The notes beneath the pieces were generated by a model. The model ran no database searches. It was not told the origin of the DNA and saw nothing but the letters and a program-made list of their open reading frames with translations. A program made the translations under genes and the position numbers. A DNA stretch of 64,000 bases from Patescibacteria group bacterium (GTDB taxonomy: Bacteria > Patescibacteriota > Minisyncoccia > Moranbacterales > UBA2206), in the NCBI GenBank assembly GCA_022711335.1, contig JAKLFF010000001.1, forward strand, positions 405,754 to 469,753, given 5' to 3'. Of the stretch, positions 33,610 to 43,410 are shown piece by piece (position 1 is the first letter of the stretch; the number at the start of each line of letters is the position of its first letter).

Positions 33610-34374
33610 ATGAATCTATCTGACCAACTTACTCAATTTGGCCTTAATGATAAGCAAGCCATTGTATATCTGGCTCTTTTGGAGCTAGGCGCTAGTTCTG
33701 CTATTAATCTAGCTAAAAAGACCGGTATTTTGCGCACTACTGTCTATGACGTGCTTATCGAACTGGAAAAAAAAGGGCTTTTAAGCCAGACCAAAAAAGG
33801 CAAAAAAAGGCTTTTTCTGGCTGAAGAACCGGAAAATCTGGAAAATATTTTGGAAGAAAAGAGGGAAAAGCTGGCCAGTCTTATGCCGGCACTCAAAGGG
33901 CTTCTCAATACTTCCGGAACCAAGCCGGTAATCCGCTATTACGAAGGCTTGGAAGGCATCAAAGAAGTTTACCGAGATACCTTGAAATATAAAGGCGAAC
34001 TGGTGGCATTTGTAACGGAAAATATCATAAATAAACTGGGTCAGGATTTTGCTGACGAATATAAAGCAAAAAGAGTTAAATCACAAATTACGGTGCGCGT
34101 CATCGGGCCGGATACCGAAGAAATTATTGAGTATAAAAAAACAGACCAAAAAGATCTGAAAGAAACGCGGCTGGTTTCCAAAGAAAAGTTTCCCTTTTCC
34201 ATTGAAATGAATATTTACGGCAACAAAATCGCTTTTATGAGTTTTTCTGAATCTTTAGGGCTTATTGTAGAAAGCAATGAAATCGCTAAAAATATGAAAT
34301 TTATGTTTGAATTGGCCTGGAAGGGTGCCGGAAAAGAAATTGAAATTAAAAAAGAAGATGAATATTGGAGCTAG
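33610..34374 (+). CDS. TrmB-family transcriptional regulator
   Basis: FGLNDKQAIVYLALLELGASSAINLAKKTGILRTTVYDVLIELEKKGLL wHTH + C-terminal TrmB effector-like domain. Confidence 0.55.
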   Translation: MNLSDQLTQFGLNDKQAIVYLALLELGASSAINLAKKTGILRTTVYDVLIELEKKGLLSQTKKGKKRLFLAEEPENLENILEEKREKLASLMPALKGLLNTSGTKPVIRYYEGLEGIKEVYRDTLKYKGELVAFVTENIINKLGQDFADEYKAKRVKSQITVRVIGPDTEEIIEYKKTDQKDLKETRLVSKEKFPFSIEMNIYGNKIAFMSFSESLGLIVESNEIAKNMKFMFELAWKGAGKEIEIKKEDEYWS

Positions 34375-35309
34375 GATTTTGCTTTGAGATAATTAAAAAC
34401 GCTCCTCACAGCAATGGCACCTTCGGCGGCCGCGGTAATGACTTGGCGGAATTTGTTTGATCCGTCGGTTATGTCTCCGGCCGCAAAGATGCCAGGAACC
34501 GAAGTGGAGCCGTCTGATTTTATTTTTATATACCCGTCTTTGTCGCTTTTAATATCCAAGTCATCCGCATAATTTATATATGGATCCGATCCGGCTTCAA
34601 TAAAGAGTCCGCTTATTTCAAGCAAACTGCTATTTTTATGTGGATTATCCAGTTCAACCCTTTCCAGTTTTTCCTGGCCGGATATTTTCACTACGTTGGT
34701 GTTATAAATAACTTCTATTTTCTCATTCTTCTTGATTGAATCAGCCCAAAAAGGCTCGCAGCGAAGCTCGCTTTTACGATAAATTATATAAACTTTCTTA
34801 CAGATATCAGCCAGATATAATGCCGCGCCTGCCGCGCTGTTGGATCCGCCAATCACTCCAACAGTCTTGTTTTTATAGAAAAAACCGTCGCAAGTGGCGC
34901 AATAGGAAACGCCTTTTCCCGCAAATTCTTTTTCTCCTAAAATGTCCAGCTTTCTCCTCTTCATGCCAGTGGCTAGTAACACAGTTTTAGTTTTTAAGGC
35001 TTCGTTATTTTCTAGTTCTGCAATAAATCTCCCTTCCTCTTCTTTTTTTATATTTTTAACCAAGCCTGGGATTATTTCTGCGCCGTACTTTTTAGCATGT
35101 TCTCCTAGTTTTTTTCCAAGCTCGGCTCCAGTCAGGTTTTCAATGCCTGGATAATTGTCGATTAGATGAGCTTCGGAGATCTGTCCGCCCAAAATCTGCC
35201 CGATAATAGCATGTTTTATCCCGTAGCGGGAAGCATAAATAGAAGCAGAAAGCCCCGCCGGACCAGAACCTATTATAATTAAATCATAAGATTTATCCAT
35301 AGCTTTCAT
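34371..35309 (-). CDS. trxB: Thioredoxin-disulfide reductase
   Basis: FAD site DLIIIGSGPAGLSASIYASR, redox-active CATCDG, NAD(P) site VGVIGGSNSAAGAALYL, and C-terminal IFAAGDITDG. Confidence 0.85.
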   Translation of the reverse strand: MKAMDKSYDLIIIGSGPAGLSASIYASRYGIKHAIIGQILGGQISEAHLIDNYPGIENLTGAELGKKLGEHAKKYGAEIIPGLVKNIKKEEEGRFIAELENNEALKTKTVLLATGMKRRKLDILGEKEFAGKGVSYCATCDGFFYKNKTVGVIGGSNSAAGAALYLADICKKVYIIYRKSELRCEPFWADSIKKNEKIEVIYNTNVVKISGQEKLERVELDNPHKNSSLLEISGLFIEAGSDPYINYADDLDIKSDKDGYIKIKSDGSTSVPGIFAAGDITDGSNKFRQVITAAAEGAIAVRSVFNYLKAKS

Positions 35310-35338
35310 TCAAAATTCCCAATTCTAAATTCAAAATT

Positions 35339-36496
35339 CTAATTTTTAATTGGCATCACGATATAGGTAAAATCATGTAAAACTTCGCCGGTTTGTTCAT
35401 TTATTTCCTTTAAAGCGATTGGCGTTGATTCACTGTTCATAAGAAAAGCCACTTTGGAAGTTGAGATGCTATTAATTCCATCTAAAAGATATTTTGAATT
35501 TAAAATTACTTCTTGAGATGGTCCAGAAACGTCAAATTTGAGCTCTGTTGAGTTTTCTCCAGTTTCCGCACTGCTAGCGCCTATAAAAATTTTCTTTACT
35601 CCAGAGTCAATTTTAATCGAAATCTCTCCTGATTTTCCCGAAGCAAAAATATTAGCCATTTTTACCGCGTTTTGAAACACGCTTTTTTCCAAAACTACCC
35701 TGGTTTTATAATCTTTTGGCATTATATGCTTATATTCAGGATATTTTCCATTAATCAACCTTGAAACAATTTTAGTCTCTTCTATTTCAAAAAAAATTTG
35801 CCCGGATTCAATCGTTATTTTCACATCACATTCTTCATTATTAGAAATAATTCTCATTACTTCATTTAATGTTCCAAATGGAATAATAATACTGTCTTTT
35901 TTGTTTATATAAGCCTCAAACACCTCTTTATTTATATTTTCCTTGTTTATACTAATTCTACTTTCAGAAAGACGAAAACTATCAGTTGAAGCAAAAAATA
36001 TCTCTTTTTGGCTTAAAATAAGGTTTATTCCAGTAAGCTCTTGTCTGGCTTCATTTTGAGCCACAGACACCATTTCCTTAGATAAGATATTTTTTAGATC
36101 AATACTATTAATATTTAATAGATATTCACTGCTTTTTTTAGGAATTAATGGAAAATCATCAGCTGATACCCCTTTTATAATTGCCTTAAAAGAGCCACTT
36201 TTTATTTTTATTCCCTGTTCAACACTTTCTATTAAAACATTATCTCCTTGAGGAAGATTATTAGAAAAACTACTAATTATTTTCGCTGGAATAGTTATTT
36301 TACCTTCTTTTTCCACTTTAACTCCCACTTTTACCTGAGCTCCCATTTCTAAATTTGTCGCGGAAAACACTAAAAACCCTTTTTTTGCTTCAAATAAAAT
36401 ATTATTTAGTATAGGCAAGGTGTTTTGCTTAGAAACAATCCTTTCTGTGTTGTATATCGCTTTTTTAAAGTTATCTTGAGTACAAATTAATTTCAT
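35339..36496 (-). CDS. dnaN: DNA polymerase III beta subunit (sliding clamp)
   Basis: 385 aa; MKLICTQDNFKKAIYNTERIVSKQNTLPILNNILFEA, three-domain length, positioned immediately downstream of dnaA. Confidence 0.85.
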   Translation of the reverse strand: MKLICTQDNFKKAIYNTERIVSKQNTLPILNNILFEAKKGFLVFSATNLEMGAQVKVGVKVEKEGKITIPAKIISSFSNNLPQGDNVLIESVEQGIKIKSGSFKAIIKGVSADDFPLIPKKSSEYLLNINSIDLKNILSKEMVSVAQNEARQELTGINLILSQKEIFFASTDSFRLSESRISINKENINKEVFEAYINKKDSIIIPFGTLNEVMRIISNNEECDVKITIESGQIFFEIEETKIVSRLINGKYPEYKHIMPKDYKTRVVLEKSVFQNAVKMANIFASGKSGEISIKIDSGVKKIFIGASSAETGENSTELKFDVSGPSQEVILNSKYLLDGINSISTSKVAFLMNSESTPIALKEINEQTGEVLHDFTYIVMPIKN

Positions 36497-36785
36497 AATA
36501 ATTTATATATAAAATTATTTAAAGTTATTACTATTTATTATATAAGCTTATTTTTGTGGATAAGTTTAGTTTTTAGCTTAAATAAAGCAAATAAAATGTT
36601 AATATATATTGGATAAGTTTTATTTTTATATACCCAGAGAGTGATGATAAGATATTAATTTAATTAAATAAAAAAGTAAACCACAAGCCGGAAACAGACG
36701 GAAAAATTATTTTGGACAAATTTTACACAGAGTTATTCTAGTGGTTTTACACAAATTATCCACCAAAGCAACCTGGAATCAGTAA
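36497..36785. promoter_or_regulatory. Putative oriC segment with DnaA boxes (dnaN-dnaA spacer)
   Basis: Perfect DnaA box TGTGGATAA at 36555-36563, TTATCCACC at 36755-36763 (1 mismatch), and ATTGGATAA at 36608-36616 (2 mismatches). The surrounding region is extremely AT-rich (a possible DUE). A further CGTGGATAA lies upstream of dnaA at ~38230. Confidence 0.5.
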
Positions 36786-38153
36786 TTAATTTATAGAATA
36801 GAGCTGTTCTCTGAGATAGTTTATTTCCTCGGCTATTTTTTCTTCCCTTTCTATTAATTCAGCTATTTTTTCGTAAGCGTGAAGGGCGGTAGTATGGTCG
36901 CGGCCTCCCATTCGATCCCCGATATTGGGAAAAGAATATTGAAGCTCGCTTCTCATGAGATACATTGCGATTTGTCTTGGTTTTACGACTTCCTGCTTCC
37001 TGTTTTTAGCTATTAAATCAGTTTCAGTTATATCATAAAAAGCAGACACTGTTTTTATGACGTGTTTATGGGTTACTCCCTTTTTTTTGCCACTGGAAAT
37101 AATTTCCGACAACATTTTTTTTACATAATTGAGATCAATTTTATTTTTAGAAAGCTGGGCGGAAACAAAAACCCTATTAAAAGCCCCTTCTAGTTCGCGG
37201 ATGTTGTTTTTTATGTTTTCGGCAATAAATTCTAGGGCATCGTCGTTAATTTCCATTTCCTGGTCAAGAGCTTTTTTTCTTAATATGGCCACTCTTGTTT
37301 CAAAATCTGGGCGGATAATATCAGCTATCATGCCGCCTTCAAAGCGCGATTTAAGCCTTTCTTCCAATATTTGTATGGCCTTGGGTGCTCTGTCGCTAGA
37401 AAGAACTATTTGCTTGTTTAATTGGTATAAATGGTTGAAAATATGAAAAAATTCTTCCTGCGTTTTTTCCTTTCCTGATATAAATTGGATATCGTCAATG
37501 ATCAATAAGTCGATTTTTTGGTAATAATCCTTAAAATCCCTTATCTTTCCTGTTTTTATGGAATCAATAAGCTCACTTGTGAATCTTTCTGAAGTTATAT
37601 ACTTTATCTTATGTTCAGGATTGTTTTTTAGTATTTCGTTGCCAATCGATTGGATTAAATGGGTTTTTCCCAGGCCTACGCCTCCATAGATAAAAAGAGG
37701 GTTATAAACGCTCCCCAGGTTTTGAGAAACAGCAAAACAAGCCGCTTTTGCAAGTTCATTGCTGCCTCCTACTACAAAATTATCAAAAGTATATTTGTGG
37801 TTCAAATTGCTTTCCTGATTTATAGGAGCCCTTTTTTCCCGAAAAAAAGCGTTATTTGAAGGAACTACGGCATCAACCATAGAGATCTTTTTTTCTGTCG
37901 ATTCTTGGTTAGCGGCGATGATGCAGGAAACCGTTTTTATGTCTTCCTGGATATTTCTCAATGCTCGCAGGATATAGAGGTTGTATTTGTTTTCAAGCCA
38001 TTCCTTGGCAAATCCATTGGGAACACTTATGATTACTTGACCATTTTTATTGGAAAAAATTGACGTATTTTTGAACCAGGTTATAAAGTTGGCCTTGGAA
38101 ATAGAAAGCTCAATTTCCGAAAGGACAGCTTGCCAAAGCTCTGTATTAGTCAT
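36786..38153 (-). CDS. dnaA: Chromosomal replication initiator protein DnaA
   Basis: Walker A GGVGLGKTHLIQSIGNEI, LLIIDDIQFISGKEKTQEEFFHIFN, sensor region VLSSDRAPK, and the C-terminal DNA-binding helix region (...KPRQIAMYLMR...). The start was set at the Met (MTNTELW) at 38153 rather than the track's upstream Met at 38330. Confidence 0.9.
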   Translation of the reverse strand: MTNTELWQAVLSEIELSISKANFITWFKNTSIFSNKNGQVIISVPNGFAKEWLENKYNLYILRALRNIQEDIKTVSCIIAANQESTEKKISMVDAVVPSNNAFFREKRAPINQESNLNHKYTFDNFVVGGSNELAKAACFAVSQNLGSVYNPLFIYGGVGLGKTHLIQSIGNEILKNNPEHKIKYITSERFTSELIDSIKTGKIRDFKDYYQKIDLLIIDDIQFISGKEKTQEEFFHIFNHLYQLNKQIVLSSDRAPKAIQILEERLKSRFEGGMIADIIRPDFETRVAILRKKALDQEMEINDDALEFIAENIKNNIRELEGAFNRVFVSAQLSKNKIDLNYVKKMLSEIISSGKKKGVTHKHVIKTVSAFYDITETDLIAKNRKQEVVKPRQIAMYLMRSELQYSFPNIGDRMGGRDHTTALHAYEKIAELIEREEKIAEEINYLREQLYSIN

Positions 38154-38425
38154 AAATATTTCATAAACTAGAAAACTCGCTAGCCTAAGTATACCATACC
38201 CGAAATATAAAAGAATAGAGAAACGTGGATAAACTTGTTGATAATCTGTGATAACTGACGCAAAGCAGGCAACTCCCCCGATTAATAAATAGCATATTGG
38301 TAATTTTTGCATTAGTAAAGCCTGACGCATTTATGATTGGCAAGTTTTTCATTGACTTTGGCCCTAAAAACTGATAAACTTTTAATTGAATTGACGGATG
38401 TATTAATAATTTATCTAACAATATT

Positions 38426-38560
38426 ATGAGCCAAACGTATAAGCCTAAAAGCTTGAAAAGAAAGAAAAAACACGGATTTAGAAAAAGAAAAATGACCAAA
38501 TGCGGAAAAAAAGTTGTCAAAAGAAGGCGGCAAAAGGGCCGAAAAAGGTTAACTGTTTAG
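38426..38560 (+). CDS. rpmH: 50S ribosomal protein L34
   Basis: 44 aa: [44 protein letters not shown]. Not in the ORF track because it is under 60 aa. Confidence 0.85.
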   Translation: MSQTYKPKSLKRKKKHGFRKRKMTKCGKKVVKRRRQKGRKRLTV

Positions 38561-38562
38561 CT

Positions 38563-38910
38563 ATGCTACCGCAAAAAAATCGCCTGACTGAAAGAAAAGA
38601 CTTTGAAAAAGTGTACAAATACGGCAATTTTTTTTGTTTTGAAAATATTTCCCTAAAATATGCAAAAAACGGCCTGGATGAATCCAGAATTGGATTTTCA
38701 GTAGGAGCAAAATATTTTTCGAAAGCGACAGAAAGAAACAGGATAAAAAGACAGCTCAGAGGATTTTTTAAGGATAATCTGAAAAAAATAAAGAAAGGGA
38801 TGGATATTGTAGTTATTGTTAAAAAAGACAAAAATAGCGCGGAAAAGCCAGAAAAAAAGCGGGAAAAAATGGAAAAAATTTTGCAAAAAGCTAACTTGAT
38901 AATCGATTAA
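38563..38910 (+). CDS. rnpA: Ribonuclease P protein component
   Basis: Follows rpmH. MLPQKNRLTERKDFEKVYKYGNFF...GFSVGAKYFSKATERNRIKRQLR carries the RNR-motif region. The start was set at 38563. Confidence 0.7.
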   Translation: MLPQKNRLTERKDFEKVYKYGNFFCFENISLKYAKNGLDESRIGFSVGAKYFSKATERNRIKRQLRGFFKDNLKKIKKGMDIVVIVKKDKNSAEKPEKKREKMEKILQKANLIID

Positions 38911-38927
38911 AATTAAAAAAATAAATT

Positions 38928-39692
38928 ATGGTTTTTTTATTTAACGAATTTGTTTATAGGCCTATATATAATTTGCTTGTTTTTGTATATGATATAATCC
39001 CTCTTCACGATTTTGGAATTGCTATTGTTATAATTACCCTGATTATAAAATTTATTCTTATTCCTTTGAGCCGGAAGCAAATAGAATCTCAGAAAAAAAT
39101 GCAAGATCTCCAGCCAAAAATAAAGGAAATACAGGAAAAATATAAAAAAGACAAAGAAAAACAAAGTCGAGCGCTCATGGAGTTTTATAAAACCAACAAA
39201 GTCAACCCTTTTTCCGGTTGTTTGCCTGTCGTTTTCCAGCTAGTTTTTTTAATAGCTATTTACAGAGTTTTGTTCAATATATCCCAAGGGGGTCTAGTAG
39301 TTGAACAAAACATTCTTTATTCTTTTGTAAAAAATCCAGGCCAAATAAACCAATATTTTTTGGGTATTGTGGATTTGTCAAAAGCGCTCGATTTCCGTAG
39401 CCTTACGCTTGAGAGCTTGCCGCATATTCTTCTGGTTGTCCTAGCCGCGTTTGCTCAATATTATCAGACAAAAATGCTGATGAAGAGCCAGCCCGCGGTG
39501 GTCAAAAAAGCGGATAATCAGGATTTTTCCCAAATTATGACCCAGCAGATGCTTTATCTCGGACCTCTCCTTACATTGTTTATTGGTATAAAGTTTCCGG
39601 CAGGGCTGGCGCTTTATTGGCTTGTTTCAACGGTTTTTGCCATAATCCAGCAGAAAGAGCTTCTGCTTAAAAAAGAAAAAGCGGAAAAATAA
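38928..39692 (+). CDS. yidC: Membrane protein insertase YidC (short Oxa1-type)
   Basis: 254 aa; TM helices with ...NPFSGCLPVVFQLVFLIAIY... and the conserved order rnpA-yidC-jag. Confidence 0.8.
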   Translation: MVFLFNEFVYRPIYNLLVFVYDIIPLHDFGIAIVIITLIIKFILIPLSRKQIESQKKMQDLQPKIKEIQEKYKKDKEKQSRALMEFYKTNKVNPFSGCLPVVFQLVFLIAIYRVLFNISQGGLVVEQNILYSFVKNPGQINQYFLGIVDLSKALDFRSLTLESLPHILLVVLAAFAQYYQTKMLMKSQPAVVKKADNQDFSQIMTQQMLYLGPLLTLFIGIKFPAGLALYWLVSTVFAIIQQKELLLKKEKAEK

Positions 39693-39721
39693 TTCAAAGA
39701 TAATATTTAAATTCTAAATAC

Positions 39722-40210
39722 ATGGAAAAGAATAATGAAGATCTTGAAATGGAAAAAAAAATAAAAAGAATTATTGAAGAGATGATTTCAAAAATGGGGT
39801 TCAAAGGAAGCGTGGAAATAATAAAGAAGGAAGAAGGTGAAAAAAAATCATATGTTTGCAATGTAAAAACACAAGAATCCAATTTCTTAATCGGACAATA
39901 TGGAATCAATTTGCAGTCGCTGCAGCACATCGCTCGGATGCTGGTCAGAAAAGAAATTTCGGAGAGAATTAATTTTATTATTGACATTAATTCTTATCGG
40001 ATGGATAAAAATGATTCAATTGTAAAATTGGCTAAAAATTTGGCTGAGGAAGCTCTTCAGGAAAAGAAAGCCGTAGTATTGCGTCCTATGGGCCCCTATG
40101 AACGCAGAATTGTCCATCTTGAACTGGCCAAAGACGATAGGATTAAAACAGAAAGCATAGGAGAGGGTGAAGACAGAAGAGTTGTAATCAAGCCAATAGA
40201 CCTTATTTAA
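39722..40210 (+). CDS. Jag/KhpB-like RNA-binding protein (KH + R3H domains)
   Basis: C-terminal R3H: VLRPMGPYERRIVHLELAKDDRIKTESIGEGEDRRVVIKP. The KH-like middle region is present. Confidence 0.7.
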   Translation: MEKNNEDLEMEKKIKRIIEEMISKMGFKGSVEIIKKEEGEKKSYVCNVKTQESNFLIGQYGINLQSLQHIARMLVRKEISERINFIIDINSYRMDKNDSIVKLAKNLAEEALQEKKAVVLRPMGPYERRIVHLELAKDDRIKTESIGEGEDRRVVIKPIDLI

Positions 40211-40340
40211 AAGAATTTAGAATTGGGAATTTCGAATTTAGAATGGGAATATGGAGCTTAGATCTTGAAGGAAATTAAAACCCAGTTTATTTTTAGTAGT
40301 TTTATTCTAAATTCTAAATACTAAATTCAAAATTCTATTT
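40210..40340. repeat. AATTCTAAAT-family intergenic inverted-repeat element
   Basis: AAGAATTTAGAATTGGGAATTTCGAATTTAGAATGGGAATATGGAG ... TTTTATTCTAAATTCTAAATACTAAATTCAAAATTC. Confidence 0.5.
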
Positions 40341-40342
40341 TT

Positions 40343-41785
40343 ATGGTTATAGCTCGTAAAATTGCTTACAATGTTCTTGTTAGTTCTATATCAAAAATAT
40401 TAGCCACAGTTTTAGCGTTGGTCTCTATTGGGCTGATAACAAGATATCTTGGCAAAGATGGATTTGGCAATTATTCTACGGTAATTGCCTTTTTTGCTTT
40501 TTTTACGGCGCTTTCTGATTTGGGGCTGTCATCAATTTCTACCCGGGAGATTTCAAGAAATGGGGCGGATGAAGAAAAAATAATGGGAAATGTTTTCACG
40601 CTGCGCGTTGCAACAGCCCTTCTGGTTGTAATTGTTTCTCCGGCAATAATTTTTTTCTTTCCTTATGACCCAGAGGTAAAAAGGGGTATTTTGGTCGCAG
40701 CTCTGGCTTTTTTCTTCTCCTCTTCTTATCAAATCTTAAACGGAGTATTTCAAAAGAATCTAGCGATAGATAAAATAGCCTTTTCAGAGCTTATCGGGAA
40801 ACTGATCCAGGTTTCTGGAGTATTTTTAGCGATAAAATTCGGGCTGGGGTTTGACTGGATTATTGCATCACTGCTGGCTTATATGATCGCCAGCTTCTTG
40901 ATGATATTTTTTTGGTCGAAAAAATACATTAAAATCAGGCTGAGGTTTAATATAGGCTATTGGAAGGAATTTCTTAAAGAATCCTATCCGATAGGCGCAG
41001 TCACGATAATCACATTCATTTATTTCAAAATAGACACGATAATGCTTTCTTTGATGCGAACGAGCGCTGATGTGGGCATATATAATGCCGCTTATAAAAT
41101 TATCGAGAATATTACTTTTTTTCCAGGCATGATAATGGGGCTTATTTTTCCAATAATGTCCCATAGCATTTTTTCAGATAGGGAGAAATTTCAGGATATT
41201 TCCAATAAAACATTCAAGGTTTTTTTAATCTTTGTCTTGCCTTTGGTTGTAGGAACCGTTTTTCTTTCTGATGGGATAATAAACCTTATCGGTGGGGCGG
41301 GTTTTTTCGAATCAGCTAATGTTCTTAGGATTTTGGTTTTTTCTCTGGCTTTTATTTTCTTTGGCAATTTCTTTAATGCTATTTTGATATCCGGAAATCA
41401 GCAGAAAAAACTTATGTATATACTAGCATTGGCGGCGGTTATCAATGTTTCTCTGAATTATATATTGATTTCAAAATTTTCTTATTTTGGAGCTGCTTGG
41501 GTGGCAGTCGCCACGGAATTTTTCGTAGCTTCCGGGACATTTCTTTTGGTTTTTAAAAAAATAAAATATATGCCAAAAGCGGAAAAATTTTTAGGCATAG
41601 CTGGCGCTGCCTTTTTCATGGGGCTCGTGCTCTATCTTTCTGAAAGCGCGGGCTTTTTTGCGAGAGGTTTCATGTCAGTGGCAACTTATATGCTGTTTCT
41701 TTGGGTTTTTAAGGCTGTAAAAACAGAAGAAATTACGAGCATTATCAGCAAACGGGGAATAAAAGAATATGAAGAAATATCCTAA
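40343..41785 (+). CDS. Polysaccharide biosynthesis/export flippase (Wzx-like, MOP superfamily)
   Basis: 480 aa with about 12-14 TM helices. The N-terminal pattern ...NVLVSSISKILATVLALVSIGLITRYLG... is typical of PST-family transporters. Confidence 0.6.
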   Translation: MVIARKIAYNVLVSSISKILATVLALVSIGLITRYLGKDGFGNYSTVIAFFAFFTALSDLGLSSISTREISRNGADEEKIMGNVFTLRVATALLVVIVSPAIIFFFPYDPEVKRGILVAALAFFFSSSYQILNGVFQKNLAIDKIAFSELIGKLIQVSGVFLAIKFGLGFDWIIASLLAYMIASFLMIFFWSKKYIKIRLRFNIGYWKEFLKESYPIGAVTIITFIYFKIDTIMLSLMRTSADVGIYNAAYKIIENITFFPGMIMGLIFPIMSHSIFSDREKFQDISNKTFKVFLIFVLPLVVGTVFLSDGIINLIGGAGFFESANVLRILVFSLAFIFFGNFFNAILISGNQQKKLMYILALAAVINVSLNYILISKFSYFGAAWVAVATEFFVASGTFLLVFKKIKYMPKAEKFLGIAGAAFFMGLVLYLSESAGFFARGFMSVATYMLFLWVFKAVKTEEITSIISKRGIKEYEEIS

Positions 41786-42632
41786 AGTTTTTATCGTCAT
41801 TCTTAACTATAATAGGAAGGATTTTTTAAAAAAATGCCTGGATAGCGTTTATAAAACCACCTATCCTAATTTTGAGGTTGTTTTGGTGGATAATAATTCT
41901 AAAGACGGTTCTTTAGAAATGGCTATGACCGGATATTCCCGGTTTATTTTTATTAAAAACGAAGAGAATCTAGGATATGCCGCCGGAAATAACAAAGGCA
42001 TAAGATACGCGCTGGAAAGGATGGCAGACTATGTGCTTTTGCTCAATAACGATGTCAATGTCAAAGAAAATTTCTTGGATTGCCTTATCGAAGAAGCTGA
42101 AAAAAATTCTCTGACAGGAATTTTAAGCCCGTTGATTTTTGACGGATATTCGGGAAAAGTCTGGTTTTCCGGAGGAAAAATAGACTGGCTTAGGATGAAA
42201 ACTGTCCATGAAACTGAAATCAAAACAGCGGATAATTTCGAAACAGATTTTATTTCCGGCTGCGCGATGCTTGTAAAAAAAGAGGTTTTTAGAAAAATCG
42301 GACTTTTAGATGAAGACTTTTTTCTTTATTGGGAAGATGCTGATTTTAGTTTTCGAGCTAAAAAAGCTGGATTTAAGCTGGGAGTGGCCATGTCGAGCTG
42401 GATAGACCATTATGAAAGAAAAAAAAACGGATCCAACATGAAGACATACTGGCTGGTGCTTTCCGGACTCATTTTTTTCAAAAAAAACGCACGATCTTTT
42501 ATGAAATATTGGATTTTAATATATACTTGTCTCCGCAGATTAAAAAATTTGGCTGATATTGCGTTTGGGACGAATAAACAAGCCAAATTTGTCCAAAAAG
42601 CTTATGGAGATTTCAGCCGCTCAAAAATATAA
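41769..42632 (+). CDS. Family 2 glycosyltransferase
   Basis: VFIVILNYNRKDFLKKCLDSV...VVLVDNNSKDGS...LLLNNDV (DxD-type region) is the GT-A fold pattern. Confidence 0.7.
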   Translation: MKKYPKVFIVILNYNRKDFLKKCLDSVYKTTYPNFEVVLVDNNSKDGSLEMAMTGYSRFIFIKNEENLGYAAGNNKGIRYALERMADYVLLLNNDVNVKENFLDCLIEEAEKNSLTGILSPLIFDGYSGKVWFSGGKIDWLRMKTVHETEIKTADNFETDFISGCAMLVKKEVFRKIGLLDEDFFLYWEDADFSFRAKKAGFKLGVAMSSWIDHYERKKNGSNMKTYWLVLSGLIFFKKNARSFMKYWILIYTCLRRLKNLADIAFGTNKQAKFVQKAYGDFSRSKI

Positions 42633-43410
42633 AGTTTCAATTGTAATTGTCAATTTTCAAAGCAAGAAATATCTGGCATCAAATTTGCTGTCGATTAGAA
42701 ACAAGATTAGCTCTGAATTAATAAGTGAAATAATAATTGTCAATAACGACAGAAAAGAAAATCTGGAAGAAATAGAAGCTGAATTTCCAAAAATAAAATT
42801 AATTGAATGCGAAAAAAATATCGGTTTTGGAGCGGCTAATAATTTGGCCGCAAAAAAGGCGCTGGGGCGCTATTTATTTTTTTTAAACCCGGATTGTGAA
42901 ATAATAAATTGCGATATTAAAAAAATTATTTTTGAGATGGAAAAAGATGCGAAAATAGGCATTATAGGGGGACAACTTCTTAAAAAAAACGGAGAAACTC
43001 AGCAATGGAGCGCGGGAATCGAAACAAGCCTTTTAAATTTGATTAAAAATAACTTAGGTTTTTCCAGAAGCCGGAAAATTTGGAAAAGTGAAAAAAAAAT
43101 TACAACCGATTGGGTATCTGGAACGGCTATGATTATCGAGAAAAATTTATTTCAAAAAATCGGCGGTTTTGATGAAAAATTCTTTATGTATTTTGAAGAT
43201 ATGGATTTATGCGGAAGAATAAGAAAAATCGGCCGAAAGATTGTTTATTTTCCCCAGCTTAAAGCGAGACATTTAGAAGGCGGAAGCTATGAAAGGCGAG
43301 AGGTTAAAAAAAAGGATTATTACGATTCACAAGAATATTTTTTTAAAAAAAACCGACCAAAAATTGAGTTTTGGATTATAAAATCAATCAGGAATTTTTT
43401 GTATGTTTAA
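42604..43410 (+). CDS. Family 2 glycosyltransferase
   Basis: VSIVIVNFQSKKYL...IIVNNDRKEN...FLNPDCEI.... The start is probably the ATG at 42604 (track ORF 42559). Confidence 0.65.
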   Translation: MEISAAQKYKVSIVIVNFQSKKYLASNLLSIRNKISSELISEIIIVNNDRKENLEEIEAEFPKIKLIECEKNIGFGAANNLAAKKALGRYLFFLNPDCEIINCDIKKIIFEMEKDAKIGIIGGQLLKKNGETQQWSAGIETSLLNLIKNNLGFSRSRKIWKSEKKITTDWVSGTAMIIEKNLFQKIGGFDEKFFMYFEDMDLCGRIRKIGRKIVYFPQLKARHLEGGSYERREVKKKDYYDSQEYFFKKNRPKIEFWIIKSIRNFLYV

